Assembly: GCF_002075285.3 (NCBI RefSeq)
Contig: NZ_CP021983.2
Location: forward strand, 4,710,001 to 4,742,000
From: Halomicronema hongdechloris C2206
Lineage (GTDB): Bacteria > Cyanobacteriota > Cyanobacteriia > Phormidesmidales > Phormidesmidaceae
Length of the DNA: 32,000 nucleotides
Direction: 5' to 3'
The notes under the pieces: model-generated
Told to the model about the DNA's origin: nothing
Seen by the model: only the letters and a program-made list of their open reading frames with translations
Database searches by the model: none
Part shown: positions 7,502 to 16,014 of the stretch, in pieces
How positions within the stretch are numbered: the stretch's first letter is position 1
Layout: every line of letters starts with the position of its first letter
Translations under genes and position numbers: made by a program

Positions 7502-7944
7502 AGTGCGATCGCCGCCCTCGTAGTTGGGTTGAGGTAACAAAACCCAACTTTAATGCTTATTAAACTCCAAGATCATCCTCAAATAAAACGACGTTTTCCG
7601 CACCCCAATCAATATCATAAAACCCATCTCAACATATCGATGAAAGCTCGAAAAAAGCCAATCTCTCGGTCGATTTACAAATCGATAATGCATTGGGTTG
7701 TAATGAATATGGAATGCGCTCCGTAGGAGAGTAACCATTTCAGAAACATGGAATAACGTTTGCCGTTGATAGGTGACAACCGTAAAAAAGTAAGTGCCAT
7801 CCGGTGTGGTTGCTCGGCGGTAGCGTATTGTATTGCCCAATGTATTGATAGAGTATGGACAATTTGATGGAATTCTAACGGTTGATGAGGTTGGGTTGAA
7901 CAACGTGAAACCCAACCTACTGGGGCTGCTAGGACGATCGCACT
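7502..7944 (-). mobile_element. Internally deleted RAYT-like element, copy 2 (more complete ends)
   Basis: It has the same deleted ORF as copy 1 (inside 7550..7915). Both subterminal hairpins are present: agttgggtt-N9-aacccaact at the low-coordinate end and gttgggtt-N11-aacccaac at the other. The imperfect terminal inverted repeats are agtgcgatcgccgccctcgtag versus ctactggggctgctaggacgatcgcact. Confidence 0.75.
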
Positions 7945-8145
7945 GGGAACATTAGGCCGCGTGAACAATGAGATGAGCCCACAAGCGACCATTCAGTTTT
8001 GCGATAGCAAGTCCCAAATAAATAAGTAGACTTAACCCTGGTATCCAAACCCGTTACTCATTGATAAGGTACTGATGATTCAGAGAAGCTCATTGCTTTT
8101 GCTAGAATACAACACAAAGGCTTTATGCCCTAGGAGATCACCCAA

Positions 8146-8400
8146 ATGGCAATAGTTGTTACCCTTAGCCCTGAATTAGAGGCGTTGCTGCTTGACAAAG
8201 CTGCTCGGCGAGGTCAAGATGTGAGCCTTGTTGCGTCTGAATTGTTAGCTAGTATCTTAGAGTGGGAAGAGCAGGATTCAGAAGAGGCCATCAAGGGTAT
8301 TCAGCAAGGGTTAGACGATTTTGAGTCAGGAAAATTCCGGTCTTTTCAAGATTTTGCTGAAGAGAAACGCAGCAAATACAATCTGCCAGCCGATTCATGA
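8146..8400 (+). CDS. ParD/RelB-like ribbon-helix-helix antitoxin
   Basis: 84 aa, acidic. It has an N-terminal RHH-like segment and a IQQGLDDFESGKF segment typical of ParD-like antitoxins. It overlaps the downstream toxin by 4 nt. Confidence 0.8.
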   Translation: MAIVVTLSPELEALLLDKAARRGQDVSLVASELLASILEWEEQDSEEAIKGIQQGLDDFESGKFRSFQDFAEEKRSKYNLPADS

Positions 8401-8744
8401 AATATCGCATCGAAATTTCAAGCGTGGCAGAGGCTGAAGCAGATGGTGCATTTCTAAGGTTGTCCAAAGTTACCTCTCCTGCAAAGGCAAGCCAATGGTA
8501 TTCAGGGTTATTACAAGCAATTGAGTCTTTGTCTCAAATGCCTAAACGCTGCCCATTAGCGCGAGAGGATGAGTATTTTAGCCGAGAGATTCGCCAGTTA
8601 CTTTACGGGCGGGGGCGTAACTCATACCGAATCCTTTTTACTGTTTTGGAGGGGCAAAACACGTCAACGGCTCGCATTCTCCACATCCGTCACGCATCAC
8701 AGCAAACGATTGGTGAAGACTCTGAAAAACCCGACGCAACCTAA
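8397..8744 (+). CDS. RelE/ParE-family toxin
   Basis: 115 aa. YRILFTV....ARILHIRH is the characteristic C-terminal core of the RelE/ParE superfamily. Confidence 0.85.
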   Translation: MKYRIEISSVAEAEADGAFLRLSKVTSPAKASQWYSGLLQAIESLSQMPKRCPLAREDEYFSREIRQLLYGRGRNSYRILFTVLEGQNTSTARILHIRHASQQTIGEDSEKPDAT

Positions 8745-8880
8745 CAACCCGGTTGGAGCGGACTGACAAGAGAGCTTGGTTAGGTTACAAAGGTTACTAG
8801 CAGCTGCTCAACCGGAACGTTAGGCCTGTCGGGGGACAGAACGTCAGGGTTGGCATCTGGGGAAATAGCAAAGGGCTGTA

Positions 8881-9306
8881 TTGATGCCATTTCCTTCTGA
8901 ATATCAACGGGCAACGGATCACTTCTGTGCCTTCCTGACGGAGGTTCGTGATCGCTGCGGCTATGGGAGCTCTCATCAAGCCTATACCACCGTACAGGGG
9001 GTGTTTCAGGTATTCCGGTGCCGATTGAGTCTCGCAGATGCCATCAGATTCGCAGGCGCACTCCCCGTCGGCATGAGAGCGCTGTTCATTGCCGATTGGG
9101 ATCCAGATGAAGAGCGGCTACCGTTCATTGACCATGCTCAGATGAACTGTGAAGTCAGTCAGCTCCGCTCAGAGCACAACTTCTCTACAAGGACTGCTAT
9201 CGAAGAAGTCGCAACTTGCTTATGGCTGCATGTCGATCGTGAGAAACTCGAAGCTGTCTTGGCGAAGCTCCCAACTGCGGCAGCTGACTTTTGGTCCCCG
9301 GTGTGA
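8881..9306 (+). CDS. DUF2267-domain protein
   Basis: 141 aa. The pattern F...V......S.HQAY..VQGVFQVFR.RL...DAI.FA..LP...RALF...W resembles the DUF2267 repeat. Assigned from memory. Confidence 0.65.
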   Translation: MMPFPSEYQRATDHFCAFLTEVRDRCGYGSSHQAYTTVQGVFQVFRCRLSLADAIRFAGALPVGMRALFIADWDPDEERLPFIDHAQMNCEVSQLRSEHNFSTRTAIEEVATCLWLHVDREKLEAVLAKLPTAAADFWSPV

Positions 9307-9645
9307 GAGTTAGGTAGGATGGGCGACTCTATGACAAGACCCTTCAGCAAAGAATGAGTTCCTTAGGTCGCCCACCAACGCTGCAAAAAGCTAGGCATTG
9401 AATAGAGAACCCGTAGTGATTATCTTGTTCGAAATCTTTGTTAACCCACACCCAAACTACAATGCCACTGCTGAAAACATGGTGGGCAAACAAAGCTTAT
9501 AGGCACTAGCGAGGGGTGTCTAAGCTGTCGCGCATTTAAAGTACATTAACAGCGTTTCCCTTATTCTTGAGCTTGCGGTCCCACTTTATAATCAACTCTC
9601 CCTCATTGAGTAGCTTATTTACCAGAGCCTCAAGGACTCTCCTGT

Positions 9646-10714
9646 CGGCACTGGTTTCTCAAGAGGTGATGCAATGAAATCCTTGTGTCGTCAAGATTTC
9701 GTAGGTTGAGATCACGTGGTTACAGTATCCCATAGCCATGGCTGGTGTCGTCTTTTTGCCGAGCCCCCAATGGGGACGTACCCAGTTGTGAATCAAGCGC
9801 TGAACATCTAACACTCTCTGCAAGGCGTCCACCTTTTTGGCGTAGAGATTTTGGCGTCTTCGGTAGGCACTGGCTCGTCGTCGCAAGGCTGCATTCTGGG
9901 CTTCATTATGGTTGGCATGCACCTCCGATGGCGGGCTGATGGCCGTGAAAGGGTGCTCTGTTTTCACCCACTCAATCCGACGCCTACCTTGGGAACCCTT
10001 GATTTTCATCGCCACTTCCAGCCCTGCTCGCCACACTTTGCGTTTGCCGTAGGCACGAGGAACCTCGGTGGCTTTCAGCCAGAGGCTAGCCCATCGCCAC
10101 AAGGTCGTGCCGTAGCGGCGTTCCCCATCGGTAAACCATCGGATAAAGTGGGCAGGGCTAGCCCATTGCCAAGCCTTTGAAGTGCTTTCGTCAAACAGGG
10201 AGGACTGTTTTTCCCCGCCACTGCCGTCACCCAGTACCGGCTGTTCCGTTCGATGAAGTGAGCTCTCCAGCCCTCTGATTCAGAGGGGGGGAAGGTTCTC
10301 GCCCACGCGAGTGTAGACTTCGTCGCCTTCGAGGGTGACCTCACTGGCCTCGGGAGCGGGGGGTGACCAGTGTCCGCTATGGGCTGCTAGACGCCGTTCC
10401 CAGCTAATAATCGTGGCATGGGATTTGCCAAAGGAGCGTCCAGTGGCCCGCACTCCTAAGCCCTCTGTCCGCACATTGATAGCCGCAGAGACCATTGATG
10501 CGAGGGTTCGCAGGCGAGCCAGCGGGGTGTGAGTGCGGGCGTTAAATCGCTTGCCACAGTCTCGACAGAGATAACGTTGCCGAGTGGATTGGTCTTTCAA
10601 ACGGGCAGTCCCGTTTTTGACGGTCTTCTGACTTTGACAGTGGGGGCATCTCATGGGTTACAAGCTTTGCAGTGATATCATTCTAGCCGTCACCCTTTAG
10701 CAAACCAGTGCCGC
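9646..10714 (-). mobile_element. IS1-family insertion sequence with 12-bp perfect terminal inverted repeats; transposase broken into three ORFs
   Basis: The IRs are CGGCACTGGTTT (9646-9657) and AAACCAGTGCCG (10703-10714). The three ORFs are 10280..10654 (Zn-finger MRCPHCQS...CRDCGKRF plus HTH), 10075..10344 and 9659..10102. Concatenated, they give a continuous IS1-like transposase. Confidence 0.8.
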
Positions 10715-10773
10715 GGTGTTAGTTAGGCCATAAAAGTCGCGATAAGTTCATCTGAACCACCGTCGAACCTCGA

Positions 10774-12498
10774 GTGATGGTAGAACCTATCCGCCAGATT
10801 ATCGATAACCTCTACCGCACGGAGTCGCGGCGGATCTTTGCTACCCTGATTCGCCTGCTAGGCAACTTCGATCTGGCCGAAGAAGCCCTACACGATGCCT
10901 TCGCGGTAGCGACAGAACAATGGCCCCAGCAGGGGGTACCTGCGAATCCTAGAGCTTGGTTGATATCTACCGGTCGCTTCAAAGCCATTGACACCCTGCG
11001 GCGGCGAACCCGCTTTGATGCTTCCCTGGCAGGACTGGCCGCGCAGTTCGACTCCGCAACCAACCTGCCCAAGATCACCGATGATAGCTCGGTGGAAGAT
11101 GACCGTCTGCGGCTGATCTTTACCTGCTGCCATCCGGCCCTATCGCCAGAGGCCCAGGTGGCGCTGACTCTGCGGGAAGTGTGTGGCCTCACTACTGAGG
11201 AAATAGCCCATGCCTTCCTGATGTCACCTGCGACGCTGGCCCAGCGGATTGTGCGGGCCAAGGCCAAGATTCGAGATGCCAAAATTCCCTATCAAGTGCC
11301 ATCGGGCCCAGAGCTGCCAGAGCGATTGGAGACCGTGCTCCAGGTCATTTATCTGATATTTAACGAGGGGTATGCCGCCGCCTCTGGACCGTCGCTGACC
11401 CGGGCCAATCTTTCTGAGGAAGCGATTCGACTGGGGCGATTGTTGATGGCACTGCTGCCCAGTTCTGAGGTGATCGGCCTGCTGGCCCTAATGCTGCTGC
11501 AGGAGTCGCGGCGAGAGGCTCGCACGTCTCCTGAGGGCGATCTAATTTTATTGGAGGATCAGGACCGTGCCCTCTGGAACGTTAATTACATTGCCGAAGG
11601 TCGCGAGCTGGTGCAGCAGGTGCTGGCGGCAGGACGGGTTGGAGTGTACACCGTACAGGCTGCGATCGCAGCTATCCATGCCGAGGCTCCCAGCACCACC
11701 GCCACCGCCTGGAACCAAATTGTCACCTGGTATGACATCCTGTTGCAGCTTCATCCTTCCCCCGTGGTCGAGCTAAACCGAGCCGTGGCCGTGGCAATGC
11801 GCGATGGCCCCGTCGAAGGCCTGCAGTTAGTCGACACTCTTCTGAAACAAGGTCAGTTGAACAACTATCACCTGGCCCATGCGGCTCGGGCCGATCTCTG
11901 CCGACGGTTGGGCAAAACCACCGCCGCCAGGGATGCCTATCAGCAAGCCCTGACCCTGGTGAAGCAAGACCCCGAACGTCGTTTCCTTGAAAAGCGCCTG
12001 CAGGAACTGGGTCGAACCGACGCAAGCCCTCTCCCCAACGGTCTCATACTCAAAAACCCATACGAATTAGGAGATTTCACGATGAAAGTCATGGTTTTAG
12101 TCAAAGCCACGGCTGATTCAGAAGCCGGAGTCATGCCCACTGAGGAGATCCTGACCGCCATGGGCCAGTTCAATGAAGAACTGGTGAAAGCAGGTGTCAT
12201 GTTGGCTGGCGAAGGGTTGCATCCCAGCTCGAAAGGGGTGCGAGTGCAGTGCTCAGGCAAACATCGCACCATCATTGATGGGCCATTTACCGAAACTAAA
12301 GAACTCATTGCCGGGTTCTGGATCTGGCAGGTGCAATCTATGGCAGAGGCGATTGACTGGATCAAGCGTAGCCCCTTTCAAGATGGCGAAATCGAGCTCC
12401 GTCCTGTATTTGAAGCAGACGACTTTGGCGATGCCTTTACTCCCGAACTGCGGGCACAAGAAGATCGTCTGCGGGCTGAGATGGAAAAGCAGGGATAA
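10774..12498 (+). CDS. ECF42-type sigma factor (sigma2/sigma4 plus a long TPR-like C-terminal extension), in frame with a DGPF/YCII-related domain
   Basis: 574-aa ORF. The N-terminus has ECF sigma features (ESRRIFATLIRLLGNFDLAEEALHDAF, NPRAWL, and a sigma4 HTH LTTEEIAHAF.SPATLAQRIVRAKAKI), followed by a helical extension of about 230 aa. No stop codon occurs before the DGPF module. Confidence 0.85.
   Translation: MMVEPIRQIIDNLYRTESRRIFATLIRLLGNFDLAEEALHDAFAVATEQWPQQGVPANPRAWLISTGRFKAIDTLRRRTRFDASLAGLAAQFDSATNLPKITDDSSVEDDRLRLIFTCCHPALSPEAQVALTLREVCGLTTEEIAHAFLMSPATLAQRIVRAKAKIRDAKIPYQVPSGPELPERLETVLQVIYLIFNEGYAAASGPSLTRANLSEEAIRLGRLLMALLPSSEVIGLLALMLLQESRREARTSPEGDLILLEDQDRALWNVNYIAEGRELVQQVLAAGRVGVYTVQAAIAAIHAEAPSTTATAWNQIVTWYDILLQLHPSPVVELNRAVAVAMRDGPVEGLQLVDTLLKQGQLNNYHLAHAARADLCRRLGKTTAARDAYQQALTLVKQDPERRFLEKRLQELGRTDASPLPNGLILKNPYELGDFTMKVMVLVKATADSEAGVMPTEEILTAMGQFNEELVKAGVMLAGEGLHPSSKGVRVQCSGKHRTIIDGPFTETKELIAGFWIWQVQSMAEAIDWIKRSPFQDGEIELRPVFEADDFGDAFTPELRAQEDRLRAEMEKQG
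12082..12498 (+). CDS. YCII-related DGPF-domain protein (possible independent start inside the fused ORF)
   Basis: MKVMVLVKATADSEAG...IIDGPFTETKELIAGFWIWQV carries the DGPF motif. ATG 12082 is preceded by taGGAGatttcacg, an SD-like sequence. It is in frame with the sigma ORF. Confidence 0.6.
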   Translation: MKVMVLVKATADSEAGVMPTEEILTAMGQFNEELVKAGVMLAGEGLHPSSKGVRVQCSGKHRTIIDGPFTETKELIAGFWIWQVQSMAEAIDWIKRSPFQDGEIELRPVFEADDFGDAFTPELRAQEDRLRAEMEKQG

Positions 12499-12696
12499 AG
12501 TTAGCACCGTCCCCATCCCAGATTGCAATGGCTGGATTGTTTCACTGAATACAGTTTATGAACCATATTGCCCACTGGTCTAGCCTTCTGGTTACAGGTA
12601 CCCGTAACTCAGTTCTACTGCCATTGCGACGACGGTCAAGCGACAAGCAGTCGATACAACTGGCTTCAAGGGATCGCCACGGCGGCCAGTCGCGTG

Positions 12697-13974
12697 TCAC
12701 AACCGGCCCGTGATAGTCGCCCAGTGGGTTCCAGCGTGAAAGTCAGCAACGGACCAGAACGGACCTTCAAGTGTCGTCGCCCCAATCGCCGGTGACGTGG
12801 CGAAGTCGAGGCCATTGTACCAGGCGCACCCTCCCGGGATTCCCAGCAGGGTGCCGAAGGAGAGGGGCAATCCCTGGCACCGGGGGCGGACGGAGGCGGT
12901 GGTGGTGATGATGCTCGCCCCTCGGCGCAAGTACGTAGCCGCGAAATCGCTGCCGAACGCGTTCGAGTTGCAGCCGACCGACCGCGCTGTGGCGTTGCGG
13001 GTGAACCAACAACGGCGGGGGAACAAGCCAATCTCGGCCTGTTCGAAGGTCGGAGCCGGTTCTTCTGGCAGGAGAGTAGACGGTGTGAAACTGGCCACTG
13101 CTCCACCCCACATTGAGTTTCCCCCGGCGTGACCGAAGATCAGGAAGTCTTGGATCGGTGTCGAGGTTGAGCCGTTGCTGGCGGCAGATTCGATGTCAAT
13201 GTCGGGGTCGCCGCTGGGGCTTGACACCGCCCCCGGATAAAAACGACTTGCGATCGCAGCGTCCCGCCACTGGCTGGCTGGATCGAAGAGATGAATCCGG
13301 AGCGTGACGCCAGTGGTAGCCGTCAGGTTCGAGACGTCAAACTCGTCACCTCGCCAGATCACGAGGGGATAGCGGCTCCCAGTCGCGGCGGGAGACTGCA
13401 TCCGCACTGGCCGAATGCAGGGCCAGTTGCGCCCGGATCCGGTAATCGATCGGGAGAGTCCCCAGAGGGTATCGGCATCACTATCGCTCACCGCAGTGTT
13501 GCCAGTGACGCTCCAGCGTTGAACCATCGGCGTGGGGCGCCCGCTGCCGTCCCTGGCAGTGCCCTGCTGGACGACATGGGTCAGCTCATGAACTAAGAGG
13601 CGTTTTCCCCGCGCTGTCTGCGGGGCGTACTCTCCGGCCCCGAAGACAATATGACGCCCCATGGTAAAGGCGCGGGCGTTGATCTCTCTAGCAGCCTGTG
13701 CCGATCGAGCCCCCGTGTGTAACCGAACTTGGCTGAAATCGTGGCCGAAGTGCGGCTCGACGACTCCTCTAATATCACGAGATAAAGGCTGACCACTGCC
13801 TGTCATTGAGTCAACGAGCGCTTCCATCCTGGGGCCGCTCCCGGACGCATGCTTTGCCTCGCCCCCCTTAGGCTTCATAGAGGCCCATTGGTTCCCCACG
13901 TTGCGCGACTGGCATTGCGGGCAGCCGCCACCGCAGGCACAAGCACGCTGCAGCCTCGGTCCAGAATCACCCAT
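12697..13974 (-). CDS. DUF4157-domain zincin-like protein with an uncharacterised C-terminal domain
   Basis: 425 aa. The segment PLSRDIRGVVEPHFGHDFSQVRLHTG..A...A..INARAFT.G..IVFG.GEY.......LL.HELTHVVQQ is the DUF4157 signature, including HExxH. The remaining roughly 270 aa are not recognised. Confidence 0.85.
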   Translation of the reverse strand: MGDSGPRLQRACACGGGCPQCQSRNVGNQWASMKPKGGEAKHASGSGPRMEALVDSMTGSGQPLSRDIRGVVEPHFGHDFSQVRLHTGARSAQAAREINARAFTMGRHIVFGAGEYAPQTARGKRLLVHELTHVVQQGTARDGSGRPTPMVQRWSVTGNTAVSDSDADTLWGLSRSITGSGRNWPCIRPVRMQSPAATGSRYPLVIWRGDEFDVSNLTATTGVTLRIHLFDPASQWRDAAIASRFYPGAVSSPSGDPDIDIESAASNGSTSTPIQDFLIFGHAGGNSMWGGAVASFTPSTLLPEEPAPTFEQAEIGLFPRRCWFTRNATARSVGCNSNAFGSDFAATYLRRGASIITTTASVRPRCQGLPLSFGTLLGIPGGCAWYNGLDFATSPAIGATTLEGPFWSVADFHAGTHWATITGRL

Positions 13975-14763
13975 GATCCTGATCGGCCACTCGGTCTGCT
14001 GCCCGCTCGAAAAGGTCTCCTGGGGGGTTAACCGTCAGCGTTGGCTGGATCTGTATAGGGGATGGGCTTATCGGTATCCGGCTGCAAGCTGGGACAGTCC
14101 CAGACAGGACACTACTCGCTGAACTCGCTTCCAGTTGGTCAGGAGTAGACTGTGGCCATCGCAGGACAACTCGATTGCCGATCGCCGGCCGTAAATGAAG
14201 GATGGGGAGGGTACATTACGGCTTTGTCGGAAAAGCGCCCGGCCGATTGTCGTAGATTTGGCAGTCGATTTCCGCCGACGTCGGCTGCTGAGTTGGCTTC
14301 GGTGTCTGTGCGAAGGTGCCCATGATTACTCTCCCTTCGCTCCATTACCGGTCCCTAGCTCATCACTAGCAGGCATCATTCTACATAGGCCCCGGATGGA
14401 CACATGGTTAGGTGGAAATACGGCACTCTAACTCCTCCATAGGGGGGATTAAATCGATAGATTTCAGTATAGTCACCCCCTCCAGTCACCCCCCTCTTAT
14501 TTAAGGTTTGTATCGCCTCTGTGTCGTGGACTCCCGGGCGCAATTTGAATCTCGTCCTATAGCAACCGTGCCTATGCTGAGGACGGTTGCGATTAGTAGC
14601 TCCCTAGTCTAGGCCATGGGAGCGACTGTTCAATGTCCTAAGCTACCGTAACAAATCCAATGGTAGTTCGCCCATGTACATGCCCTTGGCTAAGGACATG
14701 GCATCAATGTGGTGCACCCTGACTAGGACACTGACACCAAAGCTCTGGCATCGAGACGGCCGC

Positions 14764-15675
14764 TTACCCCTCAGAAATCCCCGATTGCTGCCGCACACTG
14801 CGGGCAATGGCGGCCACATCTTCATCCCCATAACCCTGGGCAATCAGGCCCGTCTCAATTTGCTCTACAAATGCCGCCATGGGCAAGGTCACCCCCAACT
14901 CTCGCGCCGCCTCTAAGGCAATATCGAGATCCTTGCGGTGCAGGCGCACTCGAAATCCCAGGGGATAGTCATTGCGGATCATGGCACCAGAGCGATTGGT
15001 CAGTCCCCAAGACCCGGCAGCGCCGCCGCCGACGGCCTGCACCACTCGCTCCATATCCAGTCCGGCTTTGAGGCCTAGGGCCATGCCCTCGGCTACCGAC
15101 CAATAGGTGCCTGCCACAATAATCTGATTAATCGCCTTGGTGATCTGTCCGGCTCCGATGGGGCCCACATGGGTCAGGGTGTTGCCCATGGCCTCGAGCA
15201 CTGGCCGCACCCGCTCTACCACCTGGGGCTCCCCGCCGATCATGATAGATAGGGTCCCCTTCTGAGCACCCTCCGAGCCTCCTGATACCGGGGCATCTAC
15301 CATGGCAATCTGGCGCTCTGCTAGGGTGGCGGCAATCTGGCGTGTCACCGTGGGGCTGATGGTAGACATGTCTACCACGATGGCTCCGGCCTTAGCCCCA
15401 GCCATCACCCCCTGCTCTGCCAGGATGACGCGCTCCACGTCGGCGGTGTCACTGACGCAGGTAATCACCACATCTGCTCCCGTGGCAGCGGCTTGGGGAG
15501 ACTCGGCCCGCTGGGCCCCTGCTGCTGCTAGGGTCACCTCTCGCTCGCGGGTGCGATTATGTACCGTGACGTCGTAGCCGGCTTTCAGCAGATTGATGGC
15601 CATTGGCGCCCCCATGGTGCCCATGCCGATAAACGCTAGTTTCACAGGCGCTTCCCCCTTAGAGCTAATTTGCAA
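14764..15675 (-). CDS. NAD(P)-dependent oxidoreductase, 3-hydroxyisobutyrate dehydrogenase / 2-hydroxy-3-oxopropionate reductase family
   Basis: 303 aa. It has a Rossmann motif (LAFIGMGTMGAPMAINL) and family-typical segments (DAPVSGG..GA..GTL.IM.GG). The exact start is uncertain. Confidence 0.85.
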   Translation of the reverse strand: MQISSKGEAPVKLAFIGMGTMGAPMAINLLKAGYDVTVHNRTREREVTLAAAGAQRAESPQAAATGADVVITCVSDTADVERVILAEQGVMAGAKAGAIVVDMSTISPTVTRQIAATLAERQIAMVDAPVSGGSEGAQKGTLSIMIGGEPQVVERVRPVLEAMGNTLTHVGPIGAGQITKAINQIIVAGTYWSVAEGMALGLKAGLDMERVVQAVGGGAAGSWGLTNRSGAMIRNDYPLGFRVRLHRKDLDIALEAARELGVTLPMAAFVEQIETGLIAQGYGDEDVAAIARSVRQQSGISEG

Positions 15676-16014
15676 AGAGAATCGTAAGAGGCAGTCTATC
15701 CCAGTTTTGGCAAAGCCTTCAGCACTCTGTCACCGTTTGATAGCGTCACGTTGGAAGGCTGATGTGACTGACTGTCACGAAGTTTGCAAATCACCTCTTA
15801 CATCGGTTCTGGTCCAACCTTATCAGAGGATATTTGGAAAGTACCCTGCAACCTTGCTCCAGACTGGCCTCTGGCCAATAGAACCATACACTTTAAAACG
15901 CCTACCTTACAGGCCTTTCAGCCGAGTTTCTAACTGTCCTCTCAAAGGGGATGATGCCCAAGCTGGGTCGCTAACCGATAAGATGCAAACCAGAGGACGT
16001 TTCAACCCGGGGCC

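Noticed and set aside
10812-13596. Overlapping ORFs within or opposite the sigma/DGPF and DUF4157 genes (for example 10812..11282, 11940..12365, 12666..13106, 12767..13111, 12797..13132, 13291..13596).
   Set aside because: These are shadow frames of confidently assigned genes. Their compositions are Arg/Pro/Ser-rich and they have no recognisable domains.
13975-14763. An ORF-poor gap of about 790 bp between the DUF4157 gene and the reductase gene. I looked for an RNA gene, riboswitch or repeat array. Only an 8-bp-stem hairpin (gcaaccgt-N13-acggttgc, 14562-14590) stood out.
   Set aside because: The hairpin has no U-tract on either strand. I could not recognise any known RNA motif. The small ORFs here (14139..14345, 14195..14431) look like noise. 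It is left uncalled rather than over-interpreted.
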